Positions 47,437 to 56,823 of a stretch of DNA of 64,000 bases are shown here, piece after piece. The first letter of the stretch is position 1, and every line of letters starts with the position of its first letter. Under the pieces are notes generated by a model. It had not been told where the DNA came from. It searched no databases and saw only the letters and a list, made by a program, of their open reading frames with translations. The translations under genes were made by a program, and so were the position numbers. This DNA comes from an uncultured virus (IMG/VR IMGVR_UViG_2660238005_000005) (taxonomy: Duplodnaviria; Heunggongvirae; Uroviricota; Caudoviricetes). Location of the stretch: IMG/VR virus record IMGVR_UViG_2660238005_000005, one strand, 5' to 3'.

Positions 47437-48396
47437 TCAGTCCTTCCTGATCGCGTAGAGCCAAGGGTTACCGCTACGCCAAGCGGTTTGGAAAACAACG
47501 TGGTCCACTCCGTCCTCGACAATCACGTCCTCAGCGCCGGAGTTGAGCGTTGGCACGTAGAAAGCGCCGTCGAAGTCACCGAGGTACCGGCGTCCCTCGG
47601 TTTCTCGGGTGACGAACGACAGCGCCTTGAGGGGGAACTTGCTGAAAGAGTCTCGGAGCTGGTTGACCACGCTTTCGCCACCGCTGCCGGTGTAGCGACC
47701 GCAACCGAGCGGCAGAAGGGTCCGATTGTTGTAGTCGGACTCGTTGTTGCTGTTCGATGCGACGGTGAAGCCCAGCCAGCGGCCTGCAGGGTCGCGGACA
47801 TAGCAACTGCGCTCCAGCGGGCTGCTGATGCCCCGATGACGGTCGCTCACGTCTGACCAGCGGGTGGCGACGTCTCCGCGATACGACCCCACGACAGCCA
47901 GCGGATACGGGAACTGCGACGGCGGGCACGGTGGCAGGATGAAGCCTGCGCCGGCAGACTCGTAGATCGTCGAGACTTTCACGACGAACCAGAAGCGTCG
48001 GCCGTTGGCGAAGAACCAGTAGGGCATCGGCTGGTTCCAGGCAAGCAGCTGTACTCGCGGGCTGTAGTTGACGAACGCCGTCCAGAAGTCGCCACCCGGC
48101 GGGAGCGCGCCAGGATTGAACGCGGTACCGCCCATCAGCCGGACGTTGTAGTAGTCGAGCGCGGTGTCGCCGTAGGACTGGACGCCCATGAAGATGCTGT
48201 CTTCGCCGCCCAGGCCGGGAGCACGCAGTGTCACCTGGCGAATCGCGATCGCCGTCCCGGATGCGGGAATGGTGTTGTCGAACGTTTTCTCGTAGGCCTG
48301 GCCGGCCGCGACGAGCGTCGGGTTGGCGGTGAGGAACTGGACGAGTCGTTCGACCAGGTCGGCGTGGTTCGTGGCTGTGCCGAATTCGGTGGCCAT
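47437..48396 (-). CDS. Virion structural protein (319 aa)
   Basis: MATEFGTATN; directly after tape measure. Confidence 0.75.
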   Translation of the reverse strand: MATEFGTATNHADLVERLVQFLTANPTLVAAGQAYEKTFDNTIPASGTAIAIRQVTLRAPGLGGEDSIFMGVQSYGDTALDYYNVRLMGGTAFNPGALPPGGDFWTAFVNYSPRVQLLAWNQPMPYWFFANGRRFWFVVKVSTIYESAGAGFILPPCPPSQFPYPLAVVGSYRGDVATRWSDVSDRHRGISSPLERSCYVRDPAGRWLGFTVASNSNNESDYNNRTLLPLGCGRYTGSGGESVVNQLRDSFSKFPLKALSFVTRETEGRRYLGDFDGAFYVPTLNSGAEDVIVEDGVDHVVFQTAWRSGNPWLYAIRKD

Positions 48397-51300
48397 CAGT
48401 TGATTCCCAGTAGTTGTCGTGCTCGTTGAGGATCGCGGCTTAGTGTCAGCCAGAAGTTTTCCTGCCCAGCCTTACTCCAGGCGCCATCGACGATCCGTTG
48501 CGGATCGTCATAGACGTGGAGATTCACGCTGTTTTTCAGGGTGGTTCCGAGGTTCTTTGCGGGCTCCTGCAGGCGCGAAGCAGAAAGGCCCGGAGCAGGC
48601 ATGGCCGGAGCAGGAGTCCCCATCAAGCCGCCCGTAGCGTGGCGGACCGGGTTCGCCCAGGCGCTCAGGGCAGCCATGCCATACCGGTTGAACTGCTCCA
48701 GAAACGCGAGTGCGCCGGGCTGCCGTACCACGGCGGCACGGGTCATGAACTCGTCGTTGGAGGCCAGGATCGGGATGCTGTCGCTGGTGCCGGTGCCTGG
48801 TCCTTGGATACGCCCGCCATCGGCGAAGCCACCTCCGAAATACGCACTGGCGGCACTCATGCCCAGTTGCAACCAGCCACCACCGCCAGTGCCGCCAGCA
48901 GCACCGCCACCGAGTAGGCTGCTGAACAGGTTGCCGAACAAACTGGCACCTTGACCAAACACTCCAGCCAGCGCGCTCGCCAGAGTGCCACCGCCCGACG
49001 TGGTTGCTTCGCTGATCGCGCTGCCCATTGCGGCTGCGCCTTCGGTCGACGCGGCAGCAATAGCAGCCGCTGGACCGGCTTGTCCGGCTGCAGAGGCTGC
49101 GCCGCCCAGCACCTGGCCACCGTTCGCTGCCGCTAGCGATGCGGCTGCAGCCTGAATCGCCGCGGCGCCGGTCACGAGAGTGCCTCCCGCGGTTGCCAGG
49201 GCGCCGGCCGATGCCGAGACCGCCGAGGCACCTACGGCCAGGTCTTTGCTGCCAGCGTCTTTGGTCTCGCCGAGTCCGAAGCTACTGAGCAAAGATGCCC
49301 CGAGCTGCCTGGTCGCCATACGAGCGGAGTCGGCCGCGAGCGTACGGAGAAAGTCATCCAGGCTGGCCTTACCCGTTGTTACGGCGGAAACGACGCTGTT
49401 CTCCAGGCCAGACATCGCGTTGCTGAACAGGTCGTAGGTCTGGCCCGCGACGTTCCTGGCCGAGTCGAGATAGTCGGCGAACGCCGAGCGGGCACCGTTG
49501 GTCCAGTCTGCCTGCGCGACCTGCAAGGCCGCGTAGTTGCGTTGGAGCTGCTCGGTCATCGCCGCGTGGTTCGCCTGCAGCTTCTGCAGCTTGTCGTTGT
49601 ACTCGTCGAGGCTCATGCCACGCGAGCCGTCGCCATACTGGCTGGCAAGATCCAATCTCTGCTGGGTGAAGCGATCGTCGAGGTTGCCGCGCTGCTCGAA
49701 CAGCCTGCGCTGTTGCGCCCCCATCCCAACGGCGGCCGCAGCCCGCTCCCCCTGCAGCGCGAGAGCATCTTGCTGCTGCTGCAACGCGTCGGCGTAAGCC
49801 TTCACCGCCTGGGCCTGCTTCTTGAGGCGGCCTTGCTCGTTGATCTGAAGTATCTCCAGGTCCGCGTCGGACTTCTTCTGTGCCTTCACCATGTTGTTGC
49901 GGGCGTCGGCGATCTTCTGGTCGAGGCCGATGCGCTGTGCGGCAGTGGTAGTGCTCTTGCTGCGCAGCGCCTCCAGCGACTGGATCTCCGCTTGGTAAGC
50001 TGCGGTGACCTGGTCCTTGTTCTGGCGGATCAGTTCGCTGCGGCGGGCAACATAGTCGGCGTAGGAGAGCAGCCCAGCCCGCTGCTGCGCCTGCAAGTTC
50101 TGCTCAGCGTTCCTGTAGTCGGCCTGCAACTGGTCCAGCTGGTTCTTCGCTTCGGTGACGGTGGACTGATCGAGTGGAGTACTCGGCCCCTTCGGTGTCT
50201 TCGGGTCTTTGTACTTCTCGTCGATGGCTCGCCGAGCAGCAGCGATGTTCTCCGGGCGCAGCCGCTCGTCTTTCGGGTTCGTGGCTTGAATCGCGGCGAT
50301 GCTGCGATCCAACTCCCGGTTCAGCTTGTCCCGCTTCTCTTTATTGGTGCGAACGGTCTCCAGCAGCCTGTCCATGCTCTGCTGGCCGCGTATTGCCTCG
50401 TCTTCAAGGTAGCGATCCAGGCGCGCCTTCTGCGCCTTCTCGCCCTCGTCCTGGATTTCCTGGAGGGCATCGGTGAATTGCTTCCCGCGCTCGTCGTCCG
50501 ACATCGAGCTGCGCTGATACGCCTTGCGCAGCTCGTTGAACCAGCCCAACGGGCCGAAGACAGCCCCGCTGGCCACAGCGCGGCCAGGCTGAAAGGCTTG
50601 CCCCTTGGTCAGCTGCTCCAGCCGTTCCTCGGGCGTCTCCGCCCGGCCCACGCCGAGCATCTCATCCCAGGCGCCTTTGGCAACGCCAGCGACGGTCTTC
50701 CAGGCGCGCTCCATCGTGCCCAGGTTCTCAACGATCTGGCTGGCCCGCTCATCCATCGCCTGGCCGTACGCATCCATGGCGAGCTGGGCGGCGCCCAACG
50801 TGTCCCCTTGCTGGTTCAGGGCGGTGATCTGCTCGTACACCGAGGCAGTCAGGTAGTGGTACTTCTCGTTGAGCTGTTGCGATGCCCTGACCGGGTCTTC
50901 GGCCAGCTTGGAGAACTCGGCCACCGTTTCGGAAACGGCCTTGCCGGTGGCGTCTTGCATGGCGATGGCGGTGCTGGCTACCAGCTCGATCTGATCAACC
51001 GTGAACTTGCCGGTGGCGGTGATCTCCGACAATACGGCCACGGCCTCATACTGGGTGCCGTTCGCCTTCGCGATCGCAGCGGCCATCGCGGATAGCTGGC
51101 CAGCGCTGGTTCCGGCGTAGTTGCCGGTCAGGATGATGGCCTTGTTTAACTCGGTCGCTTCCGAGCGGCCTTTCTCGTAGGCAGCGGCCAGTGCCACGCC
51201 GGCAGCAGCGGCTGCGACTCCAACGATCGCAAAGGCGCTGCCGGCCCCGCTAAGGCCGGTCATCGCGGTCCTGGCGTTGTTGGCCGATACTGCTGCTGCG

Positions 51301-52160
51301 TCTGCCCCGCGGGCGATCTCACCCAGTCCTTCGCTGGCCGTGCTCGCGACCCCGAAGAAGGACTTGATCTTGTCACCCAGCGCCTGGAAGGTCGCGCCCA
51401 CACCGCCGAAGCTGTCCTTGATCTGCCCACCTTGCTGAATGGCGACAAGCCAGATCGGCATGCCGCTGGCCAGGCTGGTGACGACATCGGTGATTTGCGC
51501 GGGCAACTGCCGCATGGCCTGGCGGTACTGGCCAGCAGAGATCCCGGCCACAGCCATGGCATCGGACGTGCCAAGCAGGCGTTCACGCTGCTCATGGAGC
51601 TTGGCGTTGTAGGTGGTGAAGCCCTCGGGATCGATCAATCGGGAGCTTCTGGCCTGGCCCAGGCGTCTTTCCAGGTTGTCGAGCTTCTCCAGCTCACGTG
51701 TGACCGGATCGATTGCGCCCAGCAGCTTGGCCAGCTCCGCCTGCTGCTTGTCGAACTCGGCCGAGGCCTTGGCGGCGGCTTCGGCGGCTCGCTGCTCGGT
51801 TGCGATCTGCTGCTGCCTGGCACGCTCGGCGTTGTGGTAGGCGTTCATCGACGCCGATTGGGCGCGGGCGCTCTCCTGCCAACCGGCAGTTGCAGCGCGG
51901 GTTGAGGTGTTGAGCTTGTCGGAACTGCTAGCCAGGGCGTCGAACGCGGCCTGCTGCTGAAGGCTCGCCGCCACCATGGCCTTGAGCCGTGCCGCCTGTT
52001 GATCGGCACTCTCGCCGATCGCACTCAGTTGACTGCTGGCGGCGGTGGCACTGGTACCGATCTGCTCGACCTGGCTGTTGATGTTATCCAGGGCCTGGGC
52101 GCCCTGATTCCCGTCAGCGCGGATGCGTAGTGCCAGATCAAGTTCTTTGCCCGTTGCCAT
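48396..52160 (-). CDS. Tail tape measure protein (1254 aa)
   Basis: QLPAQITDVVTSL..G...QQGGQIKDSFGG; FADGG..GPGTGTSDSI. Confidence 0.93.
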   Translation of the reverse strand: MATGKELDLALRIRADGNQGAQALDNINSQVEQIGTSATAASSQLSAIGESADQQAARLKAMVAASLQQQAAFDALASSSDKLNTSTRAATAGWQESARAQSASMNAYHNAERARQQQIATEQRAAEAAAKASAEFDKQQAELAKLLGAIDPVTRELEKLDNLERRLGQARSSRLIDPEGFTTYNAKLHEQRERLLGTSDAMAVAGISAGQYRQAMRQLPAQITDVVTSLASGMPIWLVAIQQGGQIKDSFGGVGATFQALGDKIKSFFGVASTASEGLGEIARGADAAAVSANNARTAMTGLSGAGSAFAIVGVAAAAAGVALAAAYEKGRSEATELNKAIILTGNYAGTSAGQLSAMAAAIAKANGTQYEAVAVLSEITATGKFTVDQIELVASTAIAMQDATGKAVSETVAEFSKLAEDPVRASQQLNEKYHYLTASVYEQITALNQQGDTLGAAQLAMDAYGQAMDERASQIVENLGTMERAWKTVAGVAKGAWDEMLGVGRAETPEERLEQLTKGQAFQPGRAVASGAVFGPLGWFNELRKAYQRSSMSDDERGKQFTDALQEIQDEGEKAQKARLDRYLEDEAIRGQQSMDRLLETVRTNKEKRDKLNRELDRSIAAIQATNPKDERLRPENIAAARRAIDEKYKDPKTPKGPSTPLDQSTVTEAKNQLDQLQADYRNAEQNLQAQQRAGLLSYADYVARRSELIRQNKDQVTAAYQAEIQSLEALRSKSTTTAAQRIGLDQKIADARNNMVKAQKKSDADLEILQINEQGRLKKQAQAVKAYADALQQQQDALALQGERAAAAVGMGAQQRRLFEQRGNLDDRFTQQRLDLASQYGDGSRGMSLDEYNDKLQKLQANHAAMTEQLQRNYAALQVAQADWTNGARSAFADYLDSARNVAGQTYDLFSNAMSGLENSVVSAVTTGKASLDDFLRTLAADSARMATRQLGASLLSSFGLGETKDAGSKDLAVGASAVSASAGALATAGGTLVTGAAAIQAAAASLAAANGGQVLGGAASAAGQAGPAAAIAAASTEGAAAMGSAISEATTSGGGTLASALAGVFGQGASLFGNLFSSLLGGGAAGGTGGGGWLQLGMSAASAYFGGGFADGGRIQGPGTGTSDSIPILASNDEFMTRAAVVRQPGALAFLEQFNRYGMAALSAWANPVRHATGGLMGTPAPAMPAPGLSASRLQEPAKNLGTTLKNSVNLHVYDDPQRIVDGAWSKAGQENFWLTLSRDPQRARQLLGIN

Positions 52161-52246
52161 GTCGAGTCACGTCAGAAAGGAGTGGCTCGCATGGTTACGC
52201 GCGCGCGCGAACGGGTCTTTGTGGCAAGCAAAAAAAACGCCCCGAA

Positions 52247-52525
52247 CTAAGTCCGAAGCGTCTTGAGGTGTTCTTTAGCGTCGTTGCCGCCGGCAAACGC
52301 CAGGTTGGTGTCGATGAACTGGTTAGCCCGGTGGTGGGACAGTCGCCGCTGCTCGGCATCGTAGAGCAGCAGGATCTGCCGCTCGGTCATTCGACCGATG
52401 GTGCCTGGGGTTCCGTATCCTCCGGCGATGAGGCAGGCATAGATGTCTGCCCAGCGGCCTTCCTGGCCTCTTCGCCGGCCCGTTCGGTTTGAATTCGGTC
52501 CACCACCGCCCCGATAAAGAAAGGG
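52247..52525 (-). CDS. Tail assembly chaperone frameshift extension (gpT-like)
   Basis: Open -1 frame overlapping the chaperone 3' end; slippery C CCT TTC at 52519-52525. Confidence 0.55.
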   Translation of the reverse strand, partial: PFLYRGGGGPNSNRTGRRRGQEGRWADIYACLIAGGYGTPGTIGRMTERQILLLYDAEQRRLSHHRANQFIDTNLAFAGGNDAKEHLKTLRT

Positions 52526-52893
52526 CCGTTCACCAGCCACCAGACGTACAGCAGGAAGTTTCCATCCCGGTGCGGCAAACCTTTCACCCATTCTTCGTCG
52601 ACGTCGGCCGCCACTGCCATCAGGTGCGGGATGAGATCCGAGTGCTGGCCGAGCACCACCAGGATCTGCTCCAGGTCGGGAAGCACAGCCCCTTGACTGA
52701 TGGCATACAGGTCATCGAGCAACGGCTGGATCATGGGGCGTAGCCGCAGCCCTTCGACGAATCCGTACTCGCGCACGGTCAGCTTGCGGCCGGCGACCTC
52801 GATCTCGCGTTCGGGGTGCAGTATCTGCAGATCATCCGCTCCTTGCGCGGCAGCGGGGCCGGGCTTGGCCTTACGTTCTACCTTGCGCCCCAT
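52387..52893 (-). CDS. Tail assembly chaperone (gpG-like)
   Basis: Between tube and TMP; LTVREYGF, VNGPFF. Confidence 0.75.
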   Translation of the reverse strand: MGRKVERKAKPGPAAAQGADDLQILHPEREIEVAGRKLTVREYGFVEGLRLRPMIQPLLDDLYAISQGAVLPDLEQILVVLGQHSDLIPHLMAVAADVDEEWVKGLPHRDGNFLLYVWWLVNGPFFIGAVVDRIQTERAGEEARKAAGQTSMPASSPEDTEPQAPSVE

Positions 52894-52894
52894 G

Positions 52895-53647
52895 TCAGGC
52901 GCCCTTCTGCACGATGCGACCGAAACCGCCCAGGTTGGCGTCGGCGGCGTTCAGGGTGTCGTATAGCACGCTACCCGTGAGCTGGAAGTTGCCGTACTCG
53001 TCGTTGATGAGTGCCAGGTCACCGACCGGGTCGAACTTGCAGCGGTACAGGGTCACGATCACCGGTTCCTGATTCTCGGTGTTGATGCCGTCCAGCAGGA
53101 TGTAGCGTTCCGGCGGTGGTGAGGTGAACATGGTGTAACCGGTGGCGACCTCGGAGGCATACGCGGCCTTGAACGGCTGGGTCTTGCCGGTGACATTCAG
53201 CAGCTCGATCAAGCCAGCCGTTGGAGATTCGATACGGTAGTCCGTACCCAAGGCCAGCTCCGCAGGCGTGGTGGCACTGTCGGTGAGGACCACCGAGGAG
53301 ACGAACTGACGGTCCAGCTTCACGAAGTCGCCGGCCTTCAGGTCGCCCTCGAGGACTTCACCGGTCACCGTGTCGGCGGGCAGTTCGATCTGCGAGGCCC
53401 AGATCGCCGCAGCGATGTTCTTCGGCAGCCACTCGTCGTAGGTGATGTTGACGGTGGCGGTCTTTCCGCGCTGCAGGCGACCGTACTGCAGACGGTTGCC
53501 CGAGAACGACTCCGTTGTATTGGTGCTTTCGGTGGCCATCTGCAGGGTCAAGACCGGTACGTTTCCGGCCCACACAGGGCGGCTCAGCTTGCCGTTGGCC
53601 AGGCGCTCGCCGGCCCAGACCCGACCCTGGAAGGAAAACAGCGACAT
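52895..53647 (-). CDS. Major tail tube protein
   Basis: 250 aa; AGN...GTDY...DGIN...KFDP motifs. Confidence 0.8.
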   Translation of the reverse strand: MSLFSFQGRVWAGERLANGKLSRPVWAGNVPVLTLQMATESTNTTESFSGNRLQYGRLQRGKTATVNITYDEWLPKNIAAAIWASQIELPADTVTGEVLEGDLKAGDFVKLDRQFVSSVVLTDSATTPAELALGTDYRIESPTAGLIELLNVTGKTQPFKAAYASEVATGYTMFTSPPPERYILLDGINTENQEPVIVTLYRCKFDPVGDLALINDEYGNFQLTGSVLYDTLNAADANLGGFGRIVQKGA

Positions 53648-53650
53648 GAT

Positions 53651-53860
53651 TTACTCCTTGGCGGCGGGAGCCGCATCCTGGGTTTCGATCGTGATCTTCT
53701 GGTGCTGCACCAAGAAGGCCTTGTCGAGGGTGTTGACGTAGATTTCGGCGCCGGCCGGGTATTTCGTGCCGGCGTGCGTGTGATGAGCAGTGAGTGTCAC
53801 CTTCTCCTCCTTCGGCACTGGGACGGCGGGGATGTCTTGTTTCTTGGCGGGGGTGCTCAT
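53651..53860 (-). CDS. Small hypothetical protein (69 aa)
   Basis: Coupled ORF in the neck/tail region. Confidence 0.65.
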   Translation of the reverse strand: MSTPAKKQDIPAVPVPKEEKVTLTAHHTHAGTKYPAGAEIYVNTLDKAFLVQHQKITIETQDAAPAAKE

Positions 53861-54312
53861 GAGGTTCTCCCGATAGCGTGTTGGGTGTGATAGAGGTCGG
53901 CCCAGATCAAAACGGACGTGTCATAGTCCACGGCTTGTCCCTGGATGAGTTGACAGTCACGGGCTCCCACCAGACCAGGCGGCACCCAGCCGATCAGGGC
54001 ATCCCGCACCTGTCCCAGTACCGGACGTAGATCGTCCATCGCGTTCTTGCCCTTGTTGTCCCGGTAGTTGCGGGTTGCGACCACAACACCGAATCGCACC
54101 TGGACCATCTGCCGGGTCGCTGCGCCGGGTGCTCCGGACGAGCGCGGCATCGGCGTTTCTTCGGCGAGGATCACGTAGGCGGTCGGTGTCCGGAAGTCGC
54201 GGACCGCCTTGATGGCAGCAAAGTCCGCCGCACCGCCGACACTCTCCAAGACAGCTACCTGATCCTTCAGGCGCTCGATGATCAGGTTGTGATCGAATGG
54301 AGCGCTGGACAT
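53857..54312 (-). CDS. Tail terminator (Mu gp37-like)
   Basis: Synteny; ALIGWVP motif. Confidence 0.7.
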   Translation of the reverse strand: MSSAPFDHNLIIERLKDQVAVLESVGGAADFAAIKAVRDFRTPTAYVILAEETPMPRSSGAPGAATRQMVQVRFGVVVATRNYRDNKGKNAMDDLRPVLGQVRDALIGWVPPGLVGARDCQLIQGQAVDYDTSVLIWADLYHTQHAIGRTS

Positions 54313-54313
54313 G

Positions 54314-54829
54314 TCAGAAGTCCTTCAACTGATCGAGGCTGAAAGTTCGGCCCGGAGTCACCACCTGGGGAGCCCCGCTGGTGGAGTTGGCCACCGGGTC
54401 GTCCTGCCCCAGGGAGAACTTGCCCTCGGCGGTGAGCTGCAGAAATTTCAGGGCGTCCCGGTAGTCACGGACGATCGGGTCTTTCTCCGCGCCTTCACCC
54501 AACCGGTCCTTATGCAACAGGTAGCGCGTGATCGCCCGGTGCCAGCCGACCACGATGCCAAAACGCTGTTGCAGCGGCAGGTAACCACGCTGCTGCAGGA
54601 ATCCGTCGATGAAGGACTGGGCATCGCTCACCGCACTGTCGATGACCTCTACAGCGGCGTTGCCGACCTCGATCTCCTCCGGCGTCCACTGGTCCACCGG
54701 CAAGCCACGCAGCAAGGCATCGAGCAGCTCGGTCTGGACCGCACGGTACTGCTGAGGCGTCGCGGCCTGGGACAATTCTTCCGCCCCAGGCCGTTCGGCC
54801 AGCTCGGGCAGCGTGATGTACACGGCCAC
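54314..54829 (-). CDS. Head-tail adaptor (Mu gp36/DUF1320-like)
   Basis: YITLPEL...IDGFL..RGYLPL...ITRYLL. Confidence 0.8.
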   Translation of the reverse strand: MAVYITLPELAERPGAEELSQAATPQQYRAVQTELLDALLRGLPVDQWTPEEIEVGNAAVEVIDSAVSDAQSFIDGFLQQRGYLPLQQRFGIVVGWHRAITRYLLHKDRLGEGAEKDPIVRDYRDALKFLQLTAEGKFSLGQDDPVANSTSGAPQVVTPGRTFSLDQLKDF

Positions 54830-55458
54830 TACGGCTGCTCCCGCTCGATAGCGCCCAATGGCAGCAACTGAGCAGCCTGGGGGCTATCCAGGTAGATCGG
54901 GTCACCAAGGGTGTACGTCTCCCCGTCATGGTCCAGACGCTCGCGCTGCACGATGAAGCGGTCCTTGAGGCCGGCGGCCCAGTCCACCCCGATAGTCCGG
55001 CCCAACTCGCCGCCGCGCGACTGAATCGCCAGTTCGTAGCAGGCTGCAGCCAGCGCTTCGAGATCCTCCTGGACCAGATCTTCCAGATAGGCCAGCGAAC
55101 CGTCGCTGAGCAGCACCTGGTAGCGCGCGTCATCGTCGGCGATCCGCAAAGGCGATTTCTCCGCTTCGGGACTGGCCACTTCATCGCCGGCCGGCAGGAG
55201 CACCTTCTGCGTCTGAATGGCAGCGACGAGATGCTCGACCGGCAGCGTGGCGGCGTCCTGGATCTCCAGGTCGGCACCGATCTGCCGCAGTTCCTCTTCC
55301 GGCAGTTCGGCGAGCGGAACAACAGTGCCGTCCTGGTGTTGAACGCCGGCCAGTTGGCCGTCGATCAGGCTCTCCTCCGCCGGCGGCTGTGCGCCGGTAG
55401 TGGCTGGTGCGGCAGGTGGAGCCGCTTTGTCCTTGTCGTTACTGGATTTGCGGGCCAT
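54829..55458 (-). CDS. Acidic hypothetical protein (209 aa), possible packaging accessory
   Basis: GGAG SD; after capsid; helical hairpin-like middle region. Confidence 0.6.
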   Translation of the reverse strand: MARKSSNDKDKAAPPAAPATTGAQPPAEESLIDGQLAGVQHQDGTVVPLAELPEEELRQIGADLEIQDAATLPVEHLVAAIQTQKVLLPAGDEVASPEAEKSPLRIADDDARYQVLLSDGSLAYLEDLVQEDLEALAAACYELAIQSRGGELGRTIGVDWAAGLKDRFIVQRERLDHDGETYTLGDPIYLDSPQAAQLLPLGAIEREQP

Positions 55459-55504
55459 GAACACAGACTCCGAGGGGCGGCCAGAGCGGCCGCCCAGTTG
55501 TGGG

Positions 55505-56434
55505 TTAAGCCGCGACGGCGTTTTCGAAGAAGAAGCCGAGGTCCGGTGCGGTGACCAGTTCCTTGACCGACTCACCGACACGGACGCGCTGGCCACCGCG
55601 CAGGCCGATGTTCGGGTCGGGGATCGAGCCGGACACGCGATCGCCCCACTGGCCGGTCAGGCCGAAGGTGGTGCCGTTGCGGGTGTCGGCCAGGCGATCG
55701 CGGTAGATGAAGGACGCATGCGGCCCCCAGGCGCGAATCAGGCTCGGGTTCTGTCCCGGCCGGGCGATGTTCAGCCGTGCTTCGCCGACGTAGATCGCCT
55801 CCAACTCCAGCAGCTCCTGCAGAAAGGCCATCGGCACCATGCCCTCGTCGCCGAGCGTGCCGTTGTATGCCTTCACGATCTTCGGGTGACGGCGCAGGAT
55901 GGTGGCGGTGCGGCGGCCCAGGACGCCGATGTTCGGGCGTAGGATGACGCTATCCAGCGCATCGGTGATCTCCGGCAGCGGGTTGCTGGCCGGGTCGCTC
56001 CATTGATCGGTGCCGGACAGTGTCCTTTTGTTGCCCGCGGCATAGCTGTTGGGGTTGAAAACCAGCTTGGATGTCCGGGCCTCGCGATCGAGCAGGATCA
56101 GGTTGGTGGTCTGCTCGGTGGCGTGGCCCAGGGGGTTGTAGTTCGTCGGTGCGTTGTCGATATCCGCCTGCGGCACCGGGGCGTCCAGGCCGTGGTCCTC
56201 GGTGCTGCTGGTTTCGTCGGTAGCGCTGAACTCCACCTCGTTCGGCTTGGACTTACGGCCGACCAGGGTTTCCGGCACGGTGAAGCCCTGGGCGAGGTCG
56301 TACTTCCAGTACTTGAACTCCTGCTTGCCGACCGGTACGCGCGGCAGAACCTCGTCGGCGATCATCCGGCCGTTGCGGTATGCGATTGCGATCGCCGTCA
56401 GTTCGGGATCGATGGGAAATGGTGCATTGCTCAT
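55505..56434 (-). CDS. Major capsid protein
   Basis: 309 aa; IDPELTAIAIAYRN...IADEVLPRVPV; synteny. Confidence 0.85.
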   Translation of the reverse strand: MSNAPFPIDPELTAIAIAYRNGRMIADEVLPRVPVGKQEFKYWKYDLAQGFTVPETLVGRKSKPNEVEFSATDETSSTEDHGLDAPVPQADIDNAPTNYNPLGHATEQTTNLILLDREARTSKLVFNPNSYAAGNKRTLSGTDQWSDPASNPLPEITDALDSVILRPNIGVLGRRTATILRRHPKIVKAYNGTLGDEGMVPMAFLQELLELEAIYVGEARLNIARPGQNPSLIRAWGPHASFIYRDRLADTRNGTTFGLTGQWGDRVSGSIPDPNIGLRGGQRVRVGESVKELVTAPDLGFFFENAVAA

Positions 56435-56445
56435 GGAGCGCTCCT

Positions 56446-56823
56446 TCAGGCTACCGGCAGAACGGCCGGGGCGATGTAGACGGACCCGATATCACCCGCG
56501 ACGCCGCTGAGTTCAGCGAAGCCGATGATGTAAGTGGTGGCGGCCGGCGGCAGCGTCGCGGCAACCGCTCGCCCCTGGGCGTCGGCCGTCAGCGCATCAC
56601 CGCGAGTGACGTTGCCGCCGTACTCGACCGGCGCCAGGCCGGAACGGATGACGTCGAAGACCGCACCGTCGGCGGCGGGAATTTCGGTGCTGATGCCGAT
56701 CAGCAGCGCAGTGCTACCGGCAGCCTGGGCGGCCAGGCCGTCCGAGCTACCATGGATCACGATACGGCGGGCGGCGATGGCGCCGCTGGCACGTTTGGCG
56801 GTGATGAGTCTGGGAATGTTCAT
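56446..56823 (-). CDS. Capsid cement/decoration protein
   Basis: 125 aa Gly/Ala-rich, between protease and capsid. Confidence 0.7.
   Translation of the reverse strand: MNIPRLITAKRASGAIAARRIVIHGSSDGLAAQAAGSTALLIGISTEIPAADGAVFDVIRSGLAPVEYGGNVTRGDALTADAQGRAVAATLPPAATTYIIGFAELSGVAGDIGSVYIAPAVLPVA

Noticed and set aside
2777..48396. Diversity-generating retroelement acting on tail genes
   Set aside because: No reverse transcriptase motif and no TR/VR repeat pair noticed
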